Part shown: positions 15,779 through 27,800 of the stretch, in pieces
How the letters are laid out: each line of letters starts with the position of its first letter
Position numbering within the stretch: position 1 is the first letter of the stretch
Assembly: GCA_973895155.1 (NCBI GenBank)
Contig: OZ316897.1
Coordinates: 18,634,457 to 18,698,456, forward strand
Length of the DNA stretch: 64,000 nucleotides
Origin: Marsupella aquatica
Lineage: Eukaryota; Plantae; Marchantiophyta
Reading direction: 5' to 3'
Made by a program: the position numbers and the translations under genes
Notes under the pieces: model-generated
What the model saw: only the letters and a program-made list of their open reading frames with translations
Told to the model about the DNA's origin: nothing
The model's database searches: none

Positions 15779-18675
15779 GTTGCACAAAAGATGTCGTGAC
15801 GCCCAAGATGTTGTTAAGAGAAAAGATGTTGTGTCACCCAAGATGTTGTTAAGAGAAAATATGTCGTTAAGAGAAAAGATGTCATTGAGACAAAAGATGT
15901 CACTACGCCCAAGATGTCGTTAACATAAAAGATGTTGTTAAGTATAAAGTTGTTGTTAAGTACAAAATGGTCCATAGTGATGTTTGTTAGCATATATGTT
16001 ATCAAGACTCCGTTGCACAAAAGATGTTGTTGCGTAAATACGTCCTTGCATTTACAATATTGTTAAATAAAAGATATCACTAAGTAAAATATGTGGTTGC
16101 TCGAAAGATGTCGTTGTGCAAAAGATGTAGTCTACTAAAAGATATCGTTCGGCGAAAGACGTCAATGCATAATAGATGACGTTGTGCTAATGATGTAGTT
16201 GAAAAATATCATGGGGCAAAATATATCGGGAAATATATCTTTGTTAGAAAGTTCTATTGCATACAAAAAATTGTCAAGTGAAAGAAGCCATAACACAAAG
16301 AGAGGCAAAAACCACCACCAAAGTACAACAAAATGAGAATTATTTTTTAATTATTTTTGTAATGTATATCTTTTAAAACCTTCCTTCTTTTTCACTATTT
16401 TTCTTGTCTTGTATTTGTCTCATTGATTAGGTTGTGCACTATTTTCTTGAATTATGTAAAATATTTGTCATTAAACTCCTCTCATGATACATGCAGCACT
16501 TCCTTTGCGTGGATGATATGACAAGGGGCATAGTATGGCATGGATGGTAGAGGGAGTAGCACTTTGTATGCACGATTGGCATGGATGGTAGAGGGAGGAG
16601 CATGGGTAGCATGGATGGTAAAGGGGAAGCCTTTGTACTTTCCTTGCTTGGAAAAGAGTGTTCACACAAAACATACTTATTTTCTCTTATTTCTTTCTCT
16701 TTTTACAGTTCCTTTTTCTTTCACTTAAAAAGCCTCTCCAAATTTGAATGACGACCACTTCAAAAAGTGGCGCAACTCTGTATTATAGTTTCTAATTTGT
16801 GCAACAATATAGTTTACTCTATGAAATCCTAATCACAACACCTATTTTGTGGAACAATCTCCTTTGTATGCAACGACATTTTTACACAAGTATCTCTTTA
16901 ATTTGCCAAACAACTTTTGTTACGCAACATGTTTTCCTTCACGACTAACAATATGTTTAATTTCCGCTTTGACTTCATTTATGCAATATCGACATCTTTG
17001 CATAACAGCATCTTATGCATTGACAATTTCTATGCCACACCATCTTTAGTGCAACTAACGGCAATGAACTAGTTTACAATAATTAAATGTGCCGCACATA
17101 GGGGGAGAAGTGAGTCCCAGCATACACTAAGGTAGAGTTTTTCTGGCCTTGTATAAAATAGTATTGCATTGTGGTCTTTCAATACTGCACAAAGCATCTA
17201 CAAGGAGAATGGCAAAGCAGACCCTCCAATCCAATAGGGATGGAGGAGGGAACAGGCAAATGTGGCCAAGTGGTAAATTGGAAGAAAGACAATCAAATCC
17301 GGCCCTGGATTTCTGGCACCCTCCCAGATTGAATTTCCCCACACACAGTCATGAAACTTTTACTCTTGTTGATAAAAATGCACTTGCCAGCATTGCCTTG
17401 AGTCAGTACTAGTGCCACTCCCGTCTCTCTTCCCCAACTTTCCCCCTCAACTTGTGGAATGAGAAATGAGGGGAGGATGTGACAGGGGGCTAAATGTCTT
17501 GTTGCACAGGTGGAAAGTTATAGCTAACTTTTTCCAAAAAGGACAGGCAAGTGCAACAAGTGACTTCCATGTGGTTTTCTGGATAATTCATTTTTAATCT
17601 TTAATTTTAGTTCTCTGGATAGCTTCAGAGGATCCAGATCAGTCATTAAATGGAAGCTAGATTGAAGTTCTGATTGAGGGCCTTCGCACACAACCTTGTT
17701 GGTCTTTCTTCTTTTCATCCTTTTGACTTCCATTATGGTTCTAAAGACATTTTGGCTTAAGTTTGGCCATAACCTTGAGTTGTTCAAAACATTTTACCCT
17801 CTTCTTATGAATGCAAGCAAAAGTAGTTTACCACAAGGACTTCACAGTTAGTCTCTTGCCATATACATGTGAAGGACTTTGTAATCTTAGTTAGTGGAAT
17901 TCACACTTAGTTAGTGCCATCATGGTTTTCATTCAAATTTTCAGTGTCAACAAAAGTTAATCCTATCAAAGAGAAAGAATAAAGGCTATTAAATTTAGTG
18001 TGCACCAAAAAGAGAAAACTGAGGTACTTTCCAAACAAGAGGGAAATCAAATGGGAGACAAACCAAGAGGGAGCTAATGCACATGCAGGAGGATTAAGGA
18101 GGATCCTGATCCATACACAAGAAGTACAAGAGTACATAGTGAATACGGTACTGTGTAATAATAATTAGAGTATTGCAGGTTCTCAGGTCCAGGCGCACCC
18201 AACTCAGACACTGTCAAGTGAGCCATCCCCGGTCCTAACTCAACCCCTCACCTTGGTTCCAATTCCCAGCCCTTCGTTGCCATTATGTCTTGCCACTCGG
18301 TTCTGGACTAAAGTCACATGAGTTGGGGGTGCACAACAACATCACCATTTGCACAACAACACAATTTACTTAACAACTTCTCTCACCTCAACAACATCTT
18401 TTACTGAACGGCATCTTTTACGCTCGCTTTTATGAATTGGCAACATCTTTTGGTTAACGACAGATGTTAAATCAGTAACATTTTCTACTATAAACATTGT
18501 GTACGTAACAAAATTTGTTGTTTCACAACATTTTTTACTAATGACATCCCTTCACTTATCAACATCTTTTTACCGGGCTTTTTACTTAATGACATCTTTG
18601 TCACCACGACATCATCTTTGTACCTGATGACATTTTTAACATAACGACATGATCTTTTTACTTAACAACATCTTG
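15779..18675. mobile_element. Foldback/TIR-type repetitive element(s) built from degenerate aaaagatgt(c/t)gt motifs in opposite orientations
   Basis: Many aaaagatgtcgt/aagatgttgttaag copies at 15779-16200. Reverse-complement copies (acaacatcttt, catctttagtgcaa, cttaacaacatct) at ~16860-17055 and ~18350-18675. No ORF with a recognisable domain. Confidence 0.55.
16537..16627. repeat. Short direct repeats (g)gcatggatggtagagggag x3
   Basis: Copies at ~16537, ~16578 and ~16609. Confidence 0.6.
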
Positions 18676-18974
18676 TGGAAACCCAAGTGTAAACCCCACA
18701 AAAGCTCTTCAGAGTAGCAAGCACACATAACTCACAATGTTTGATAGTGTGCTACTTGCCAACGTGTATCATTTTTATGTAACTGGAATACTCTTAATCA
18801 ATGGAATTAGATTTAAATGACTTAGATTACTACAGGTTTGAAGGCAAGTAGTACAGATGTACGTGCTTCCTGAGAATTACAAGAGTTTAATTTGATTGAT
18901 GACTTTGGAAGTACTAAGATATTAGCCAAGGGATGGTAGAGGAGAGTTTGAAGAGCATTATGCATGGCATCAGT

Positions 18975-20093
18975 TTTTGAAAAAATATACACACTTTTTA
19001 TATACAAAGGGACCAAACAGAGTACAAATGAACAAACAAAAGAGGGCCCAAGTGGACAAAACCAATCGAAAAAGAAGTGAGCAAAAGGGAACCACTAAAC
19101 ACCAAGAAAGAGGAACTAAAAGTAAGAAATGAACAATAGGGAACCCCTAAAAACCAAGAAAGAGAGAGAGACTAAAACTAACCCAAGCGGACCGAGGTCC
19201 TCATCATTCCTACCGATTGTGGCAAAAAGCTAATGGTCCACATCAAGAGTCAAAACTAGATCGGCAAGTGGGACTGGAACATCCTCAAGGGGAGCTAGCC
19301 GCTGCGGAGGCACACTAGCACCCACTGTAAGAGATCGACGATAGATGGCCCGAGCTTGAGCACGCTGTAAGGTGACTGAAATGCGTTGGCGAAAGTGCGT
19401 GGTCAAAATAGAAAGCGGGGGTCCGGTGGGACCCATTCGGCCATGAACATCCCGGGCAGCTTGCCGAAGAAGCCCATCAAACTGAGGATGAAGACGCCCA
19501 AATAGCTCCACAGCAAGGGGGAGGAAGCTGTCGGATGAAGCTCGTGCAGCATATTTGGCCTCCTTCGTTGTTGCCGCACGTGACGCTGCTGCCCCTGCTG
19601 TAGTTGCCGCTGTCCCAATGATGTCTTGGCGCAATGGGTTTGCCACCACAACCTCTGCCAAATTACGTTGACCCTCACGGACCATGGTAAGATCCACCCG
19701 TAACCGCTGTGATGGAGGACCAGGTAACTCGAGTACCACCTCCCGCCGCACGCATACCAAAGAGCCAGAGAGAACCTGAGCAGTCGCATCTTGCACAGCG
19801 TCGTGAACAATAATGGTTTCACCTCCCAAACTGCACCGAAGAAGATGGACACCTGTGGCATCACAAGGCTTCCCACAAGTGCAAGAAGGAGGTAAACCTG
19901 CAAGAAGTGGGTGGGGCAGCCCCAGACGAAGACACATGGCTGTGGAGAACTCCGTTGAAGACATCCGCAAATGAGGAATGACTGGATTGGCCTGAAGCCA
20001 TCCACCTGCGCCCTTCCCTCCGGACGAAAGAATCCGAGCTCGGTCCGTGTCAGGTGCCTCGGAGAGGATGCTGGAAAGGGTGAAAGTGTGCAT
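18975..20093 (-). mobile_element. 5'-truncated CRE-like non-LTR retrotransposon (zinc knuckle plus restriction-like endonuclease region, 3' UTR, A-rich tail); ORF 19230-20093
   Basis: DRARILS.GG.GAGGWL.A.P...F..A..LRLG, zinc knuckle CTCG...D..G.H...C, HDAV, RVDL...AEV...KEAKY (PD-(D/E)xK-like RLE) and FLPLAVELFG...QRISVTLQRAQA are typical of the C-terminus of CRE/RLE-clade elements. A pyrimidine-rich 3' UTR (minus strand) ends in tataaaaaa...caaaaa. No RT domain is present. Confidence 0.8.
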
Positions 20094-20144
20094 ACGCCAC
20101 AACTGGGTGCATACTGGCCACAACTGGGTGCATACTGGCCACAA
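20088..20144. repeat. 21-bp tandem repeat (gtgcatactggccacaactgg) x~3 at the retroelement 5' junction
   Basis: Directly visible; encodes the LWPVCTQ repeats in the ORF track. Confidence 0.85.
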
Positions 20145-20296
20145 CTTTACTCTACAATGCAACTGATGCAAAGGAAGTTAAACTGCATTTTTGAACAGCA
20201 TGAAATCATCCACATGCTTCCCTGGTCCATGGATTTAATTGCCAGATGTGATGCTCGCCATAGTCTAGGGAAAGTCTGGCTTCCTTGATTAGTTTA

Positions 20297-20700
20297 ATAT
20301 ATCATTCCCAAATTGGACCAAGCAATTTTTGACACCCAGAAAGTGCGAACATAAAGGTGTCATCCCAGTACGACATGATGCTTCTGAAGTAATCCATGGG
20401 GATTGGATTAGTCCAATCAAACACCACGTCAAGCATTGTAATCTATTATAACTTGAGACCATTGGAGCATCTTATCACACATTGTGAACTTCTTCAATTT
20501 TTGCTTCGATATATCATCCCCAAATTGGACCAAGCATTTTTTGACACCCAGAAAGTGAGAATGTAAAGGTGTCCTCCCAGTAAGACATGATGTTTCAGAA
20601 GCTATCCATGCAGACTGGGTCAGTCCATTCAAACACCCTGTCAAACATTGTAATCTAAGATAACTTGATGCCATTGGAGCATCTTATCAAACATTGTGAT
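20297..20700. repeat. ~213-bp diverged tandem duplication
   Basis: atatcat(t/c)cccaaattggaccaagca.tttttgacacccagaaagtg...ccattggagcatcttatca.acattgtga starts at ~20298 and ~20511. Confidence 0.85.
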
Positions 20701-21820
20701 CTATCCGAGAGCTTCAAGTTTTGCACTCACGAGGACCTCCCATCCATCCAATAAAAAGTGTGATAAAACAAACTAAGATAAGGGCCTACCATCTACAGTG
20801 AAGTTCTAGGCGTTGGCTTCGTCTGGAACTGGAAACCAATAGGATAGTACCCACCATGTATGTATTAGAACTATTCATGCTCGCGCAGAACCCTTCTCCA
20901 AGAAAAGACAATAAAGGTAGTGCTGGAAAATAGGACCCACCTTCCACGTGGCGCTAGCAGAGAGCAGAAGTTCACACGTGTCCAGCCGCTAGCAGCTCTC
21001 GTCTTACCTTTCAGATAGTCCCTTCATGCCAAGCAAGGCGAAGTAAAACGAGCTCGCGAGTGAAAGTAAAGCAAAGCGGCGTCATACGAAGAATTACAGC
21101 GAGCGGTGGAAACCCAATCGCCTCAGCAAGCCCTGCTGTGCTGTGCTGAGATCTGCCAAGCATGCAAGCTGACTAAGAAAGCAAAGCAGAATCCAATCCG
21201 CTCAACTTGACTGCAGCTTCGAGAGGATCTGCCGTGCAAGCTGAGCAAAGAAATTGAAGCCCAGAGAGTCAGCGATGGCGGTGAGAAATGAAATGGGCAC
21301 TCTCAATCCTCTTTCCCAGGTGCGGTGGTCACAGGTGGTTGTGAAGGGAGAGTGAGCAGAGTAGATTCTGATTCATGGTGGCAGAATGCCGCAGACGAGC
21401 CTTGAAGCTCGGCTTGGAAGGAGACGAGGAGTCCTCTGTAATTACGGTTGCTTAAATGTCATCGCAACAATTCCACCTCCCGTGCCTTACCTCTCTTGCT
21501 CGTTTTAATATACCTCACAAATCTCAAGAGTTGAATTGCAATGAATGATTCCGAGAGGGGTTCCTCCATTGCCACCAATTCTGAACACCTGAAAGGTTTG
21601 TTGTTTGTTCCCTCGGAGGTAGGAAAAGAGATAGATCTCGTCGCTGGAAAGGGCTTGGAAGAGCTGTCATGGCTGGGCGGCATCTCTGTATGGGAGCCAG
21701 CCAGTGAATTGAAGCACGGGGCGATCCTTCGATGCACATTGTGGCGATCATGACAAATTATCGTGGAGGAAGGGTTTAAAGGGGAGGGTTTAGGTCGCTG
21801 AGAAAGGAGGGGTTTTCGCC

Positions 21821-24800
21821 ATGGGCCTCACAGACAGAGCCAAGAAGCTCGTGAGCGAGACGCTGCGGCCGTGGCTGCGGCGCGACGTGTCTCCGATTCT
21901 CAATATCAGTGTCTCAGAGATCACGATGGTGTTGCCTGATCTGGAATTCGATGCGGAGGCGTTGAATCTCTCGGGCATGGAGTCGTCTCCGCTGTTGGTC
22001 AAGAAGGAGTCGTCGATGAAGGCAGAGAGCGTTCAACTGACGTTCGCTCCATTTCGGCAGCCCGTGCTAGCCGTCTTGGTGCAAGGCTGGCATGTGGACC
22101 TCGAACCAAGGTTTCTCCCAACCTGCTGCCCGCGGTTCAATGGTGAATGACTACTGTTGTGCGAGGATTTGTTGGGCCGGAGCAAGTCATTAACCCCTCC
22201 TGGTCACTCACAACCTTGTAATTAACGTCTCTCTGCCTCCGATTTAGGACATATATCAGAGCAATTGAATTCGGTGGAGCATTGATAGATAAGCTAGTAA
22301 CTCACAACCTTGCAATGAACGTCTCTCTGTCTCTAATTCGAGAAAGATATTATCGTATCAAATTCAGTGAGGCATTGATAGAGAGGGGAGTGAAATTAGC
22401 TTCTTAAAAACTGTAGCTGACTCTGTATTTCTTTTGTCTAACTAGGTCCGCCGAAGATGTTTGGTGGGAGAAGAAGAAGGACAAGGCTGCTGAGCAGAAG
22501 CAGATTGCCGCGCTTGAGGCCCTTGACCCACAGGTACTTCATTTCCTTCTTTTGTTGTATGCCGATTAGTTCAGGGTACTCGGCAACTTTTCCAATTGAC
22601 TCTGCGTCTGTTTTGTGCTGATAATCGGTTTGGACCTCGTGCCAAAATTTGAAATGCAATTTCATCATTGACGTATTCAATAATCAACATTGATTTGTTA
22701 AGAGGAACCGATGGAGGTCATGGGGCTGCCCTATGCACTTATTGTGTTTCATAACCTGATCATTTCCGGTTTCTGGCTGTACGTTGGCCGTATATTTTGG
22801 CTATCGTTCATTGTAGAATTCAACTGATATGTTGCTGTAAATGAGTAGGACATTGGAAAGAATTTATTTCTATGTTGGCAAGTGTTTAGATTTTGTGGGT
22901 TGAATACAGATTGTTCCGCATGAATCTCTGACTTTCAAAACTGTTTGGGTTGACCCGTTTTTGAAAGTCAGTGTTTGAGCATGATCCTTTTGAAGGCAAT
23001 TCGGAAACTTCTTCTCTCTGAGTCCAGAAGTGCTGTGTTGGTGGTTTTGAGATAAACCATCTAGGGGCTGCATAAATTTGAGCTAGAACAAATATTAACT
23101 TCAGATGTGGAAACACCTTCATTTCTGGTGTCGGTGCAGGGAGCTAGTGTGCACACAGCTGCCCAGGGGCTTGCAGAGGGGAAAAGCAGAAACAGTCTGA
23201 TAAGCCAATTCGTTACGAGCCTGATGTTGACGTCGGTTAGGCTGGAGTTCCGGGATTGCTCTATCAGACTGGTCTCGCATGTCCACGGTGGGCGTGTGCA
23301 TGTTTGCACCGTTCCCTTGACGAGCTTCGAGTTTGGAGGTGATGATAGTAAGGGTTTTAGCTGGTCAGGCGGCTTGATGGGCGCAGTCACAGCAGCTTTG
23401 GGTGGAATCTGGACGAAATGTGGAGCTCCTACTGAAAAGTACTGTGTCGCAAAAGGTCTTGGGCTGCTGGTTGAAACGCACGCTGCCGAGGACGATGGCC
23501 ACGGGAGCAGAAGGGAAGACAACCAACTGGATAATATAAATGCAGGCATAGATGACAGTGATCACCAGAACTCCTCTGACCAATCCACATTAGAGAATGA
23601 CGGGATGGCAGTATCGGCAACTCAAGCGATTTCTGTTAAGAAAAGAGATAGCTATGTCATTCTGTTTGAAGACTTGGTGCTCGGCATAAGGTTCATGGAG
23701 TTGGCAATGGATGCCATGGAATTTGATGCCCGAGAATTCGCAGTTGGTTTAGAACTTGAAGAAATTAATGCTCTTCAAACTTTAGTATCCCAAATTCAAG
23801 GCCCTGGCCAAGATTCATCAACCAGAGCTCAAGCAAGAGTAAGTGACTCAGTGGATGCTATTCGTTCTGGAAGGACGCCTGCAGAGATGTGGAAAAGGGG
23901 GATCCGAAAAGCTATGGAGCGTACTTCCCGAGGGCGTCTCACTTACACTTTTCAAGCAGGGATCTTGAGGAGTAGATATTCCTGGCTTTATGAATCCTGG
24001 CTTCTAGAGCTCGGATGGGGACGAAGACCAGATGATAGAGCTGAAAGAAACCAAAGTAAGAAGCGGGGAGACCGCGTCAAGAAGCTTTCAGAGGAAATCT
24101 CTGAAATTCAGAAGAAACTTCCAATTGAAGCCATAGCTTTGGGCAGACGTCTTGCTCGACGTCGAGTTTCAGCTGCCAGACATTCAAGTGAAAATACAGT
24201 CGGAAAGACGAACTCCTCATTTCAATATGAGCGCTTGACAAAAGCATACTCCTCATTTCAGGCGTTTATGGTTTCCTTCTGGAGGATAGTTGTAATGTCT
24301 ACTATCCTCATGCGGGGCAAGGCTCTTGGGGCGTCAATGTGGATGTCAGCTGCTCGGAGACTCGGTGTCAGTGAGTGGAAATCAGTTTCTAGTATCTTCT
24401 GGAAGTCTGGAAGTAAGGAAGGTGCACTTGCTTTGGATGACTCACAACCGATCTCAGGTTTAGAGTCTTCATCGGTATCAGTCGATCAGAGCAGTTTTGA
24501 TGACTACACACCAGAATGTGGCACTCCTGAGAATTATTTTCAGCTAGGTGGCTTGAAAGGGGATTGTGAAAGTGAAAATCATTTTGCAGAGAAGAAGAGG
24601 GGTTGGGGAATGGTGTACGCCTTTAAGATAAGAAGGGGATCCATAACTCTTGCTGGTAGAGCAATCAAAACACTCTACAAGGGAGAAGAAGCAGCTTCCA
24701 AACGAGAAGAACTTCAGTTGGAAAGTGCCTTGATTCCAGCTGTTAGTCTTTTTTGGAAAGAGATGGTGCTTGCATATGGCTCAACTGGAAATAATTATGG

Positions 24801-27800
24801 TACAAGCGTATCTTGTGGTACTTTGGGGGCTGAACTGTTCGCAGTCATTCCCTCACAACTCTCTCAAAGACTAACTGCAAACCTGGATGCCGAGGTATTT
24901 CACAAGGAATTTTCATCCCTTGGAAGGTGGACGTGCAAACAACGTGATAGAGCTTTATTGCTTTCAAGTTCTCCTTGTCCCCAGCAAAAGAAGATTGGCT
25001 CAGAAACCATCAGTGGGCACCCTCTCGCTGGCGAAATATATGAAAGGCACTGGACTTGGCAAGAACGACACCTGGAATCATGGACCAGGTCTTGGCCAAA
25101 ATCCAGGGTTACACAAGGAGTTAGTGGTGGTCAACACACGACGCCACTTCCGGATGATTTTGGTAGACCTTTCTTGCTAGCGGAGTTTAATAATTTAGAT
25201 GATGAGCCCAGCACAGAAGCTTACCCAGGAGGTCTGATCGAGTCCTCTTTAGCATTGGGTCAGCTGGATCTGATTCTGAAAGGGGCTTCCTTTACATGTG
25301 TTTTCCACCTGCTAAATGAATTTTTTACGTCTGAAAAGCCGACTGAAACGAAGCACACAGAAGCTACAATTCAATCTCAGAGTCAGAATGCACCTGTTGT
25401 CTACCTGGAGAAGATGTGGGATGACAATTATAGCAAGTATCTGGACATGTGCCGAGATTCTATGGTTGGTATTGTTCCCAAGAAGAGCATATTCCTCTCA
25501 GCAGTAGTTGAATGTCCCAGGTTTAGAGTGTCTGCCACTGCTGCTGAACTCCAAGAGCATAGGCCTGAGGGTAATAGATATACAAGTAGCAAAACGTCGA
25601 CACTGAACTCAAACACAGAGGCTACTATCATCTTTGATTTGGGACGGTTTGAATTGGCCATGTGGCCACCGCAGAAACAAACGGATGCAGTTGTAGAAAT
25701 ACCTTCGGAGGCCGTAGGAAGTGAATCTAGAGCTCCAAGCGAGTTGTGGAATCGTTCAGTGGAAAGTAAAGTCTGGCTAAAGAAGCCCCCTGCATCGGCA
25801 CACCCGGACTTTGGGGAGAAGAGACTTTGGGAACATGACCAAGTAGGAACCAACATGTACGCATGCATTGAAGGGTTGACGTTTGCACTGGAGTTGCAGC
25901 AGCAAGGCTTAAAGGAGCTTCCGGTTTTCGGACCCTTGGCTCTAACCGTTGAGACTTCTCTATGCTGGGACCAATACAGCTCGCTGTTGAGTACAAAGAA
26001 ATCTGTGTCAGCAACGGTCAATGCAGAATTGTTGTCTTTGACAGTGCAGTCATACATGTCGGAAGTCACACTTATACAACAGGTCGTTGGCTTCTATACG
26101 CAAGTCATGAAGTCAAGGTTGGGTGGCAATCCTGTGATGGTTGTGGAAGGAGAAGATAAGTTTCTGACCGTGGAGGCTAATGTACAGGAAGACCAGGTTT
26201 ATTGGGCAGAGGAAGGCCAAAATTCTGACTCAACACTTGACTCCGTATTGAGTGAGGAAGCCTCCTCCACTGCATGTACTCTAGCATTTGCGGTGGATCT
26301 TCAGAACTTCAGATTAGCTTTGGGGGACTCTAGACAAGCTGGTTATTCATCCAGCGGGAAGGGTGTTCCTCGTGCCCAAGGAAAGATGACGCAAAATGAG
26401 TATTTGCAGGACGAAGAAAGAGGTAAAAAATTGCCAGCTAGATATGGTCATGAGGGAGATAATGATGATCTATCAGGTGCAGTCTTGGGCAGGGAGGTTT
26501 ATGTTTTAATTCAGGATATTTCTTTCGGAGTATCTTTAGGAGATGAAGAGAATGTTGGCATCTTCATGGGGATGAAAAATACATTTGTACGGCTGGTGAA
26601 TTCTGGCAGTGACAGCAGGAGGAGTGATCTGGCTAAATTGAGAACTGATTTCTTCTCTGCATCCGTGAAATCTTTTCCTGGGCTCGTGCTTGCCGAGGTG
26701 GATGTGGAGTATTTTAGAGTAAAAGCGTTTAGTTCTGGTGCTCATCCAAGTACACTGAAGAAACTAGATTTTACTGAAAGGAATCGAACTACGCAGCAAG
26801 TTGATGGACCACAGTTGTCATCTCACCTGTCTGAAACCAATCTTGTGGACCTTGTGCAAAGTTCTTATGCAGATCCCACCAATATGACAGTCAAAGTAAA
26901 TGCAGAGCAACTCAAATCTGAGGATCAAAATAGTCCAGAGCAACAAAGATCCATCCAATCTGATGAAACCAGCAGCTCAAGCCCTATGAAGGGTGAGACT
27001 TTCTGGTTGGCCGCTGATGTGGAAGTAAGCAAAGTATTGGTAACTGATGGGTCCATAGATGTGCTTCTGGCCAAAGTTTCACGTCTGGCAAACGGTGAAG
27101 AAACCTTGCAGCTGCACTTTGGTGTTGACAGGGCTGTCCAGAACATTTCTGTAGGGGTGCAAGGTGGATTAATACTGGTTCATACTGCGGCTATAGCTAC
27201 TTTGTTTCAGTTCTGTGGGGACTTGGGGAATGTGATTGCGAGACCAGCAGACCTTACCAGTAACTCGTCTGAATCGCCTCACGAAATGTCCAACTTTCCT
27301 GTAAACAACGGATCTTTGCATGACCGGAAAGGAAGTCCCCCGCCAAGTGTTTATAGATCAGCTTCTGCACCAGCCTTATCTACGGAGAATCACATGAAAA
27401 ACATGAAGCGGACTTTTTCAGCCCCTGCCATAGCAGAGGTCCCTATCCCTGAGAAATCTGAGCTAGTTTCGTTGTTGCCAATATTTGATGGGGTCGTGTT
27501 CTCAAAACTTGCTGGATTTTCCTTGGTGTTAGCAAAACAGAGTGGAACTGACTCAGAAGGTGTTCTCCTCGAGCTAGAAATTTCCACGATGCTTGAAGTT
27601 GGTGAAAGTGCAAATAAGGCAAAGTTTGACCTTACGCGATTCACAATTCTCGGTCTTCAATCTCGAGGTCCTGAAAACTCACGTAAAGGGCCTCTAGGCA
27701 GGACTAGCTCTCGGACTCCACAGTTTGGTGCCTCCTTCAAACTAGGAGCAGTTGATCCACTTACGCAGGCTTCCAGTTCTCTCGAAGCAGTTTCAGAAAC

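Noticed and set aside
20429-20674. 81-aa ORF within the 213-bp duplication
   Set aside because: The other copy carries stops and no family was recognised; reported only as a repeat.
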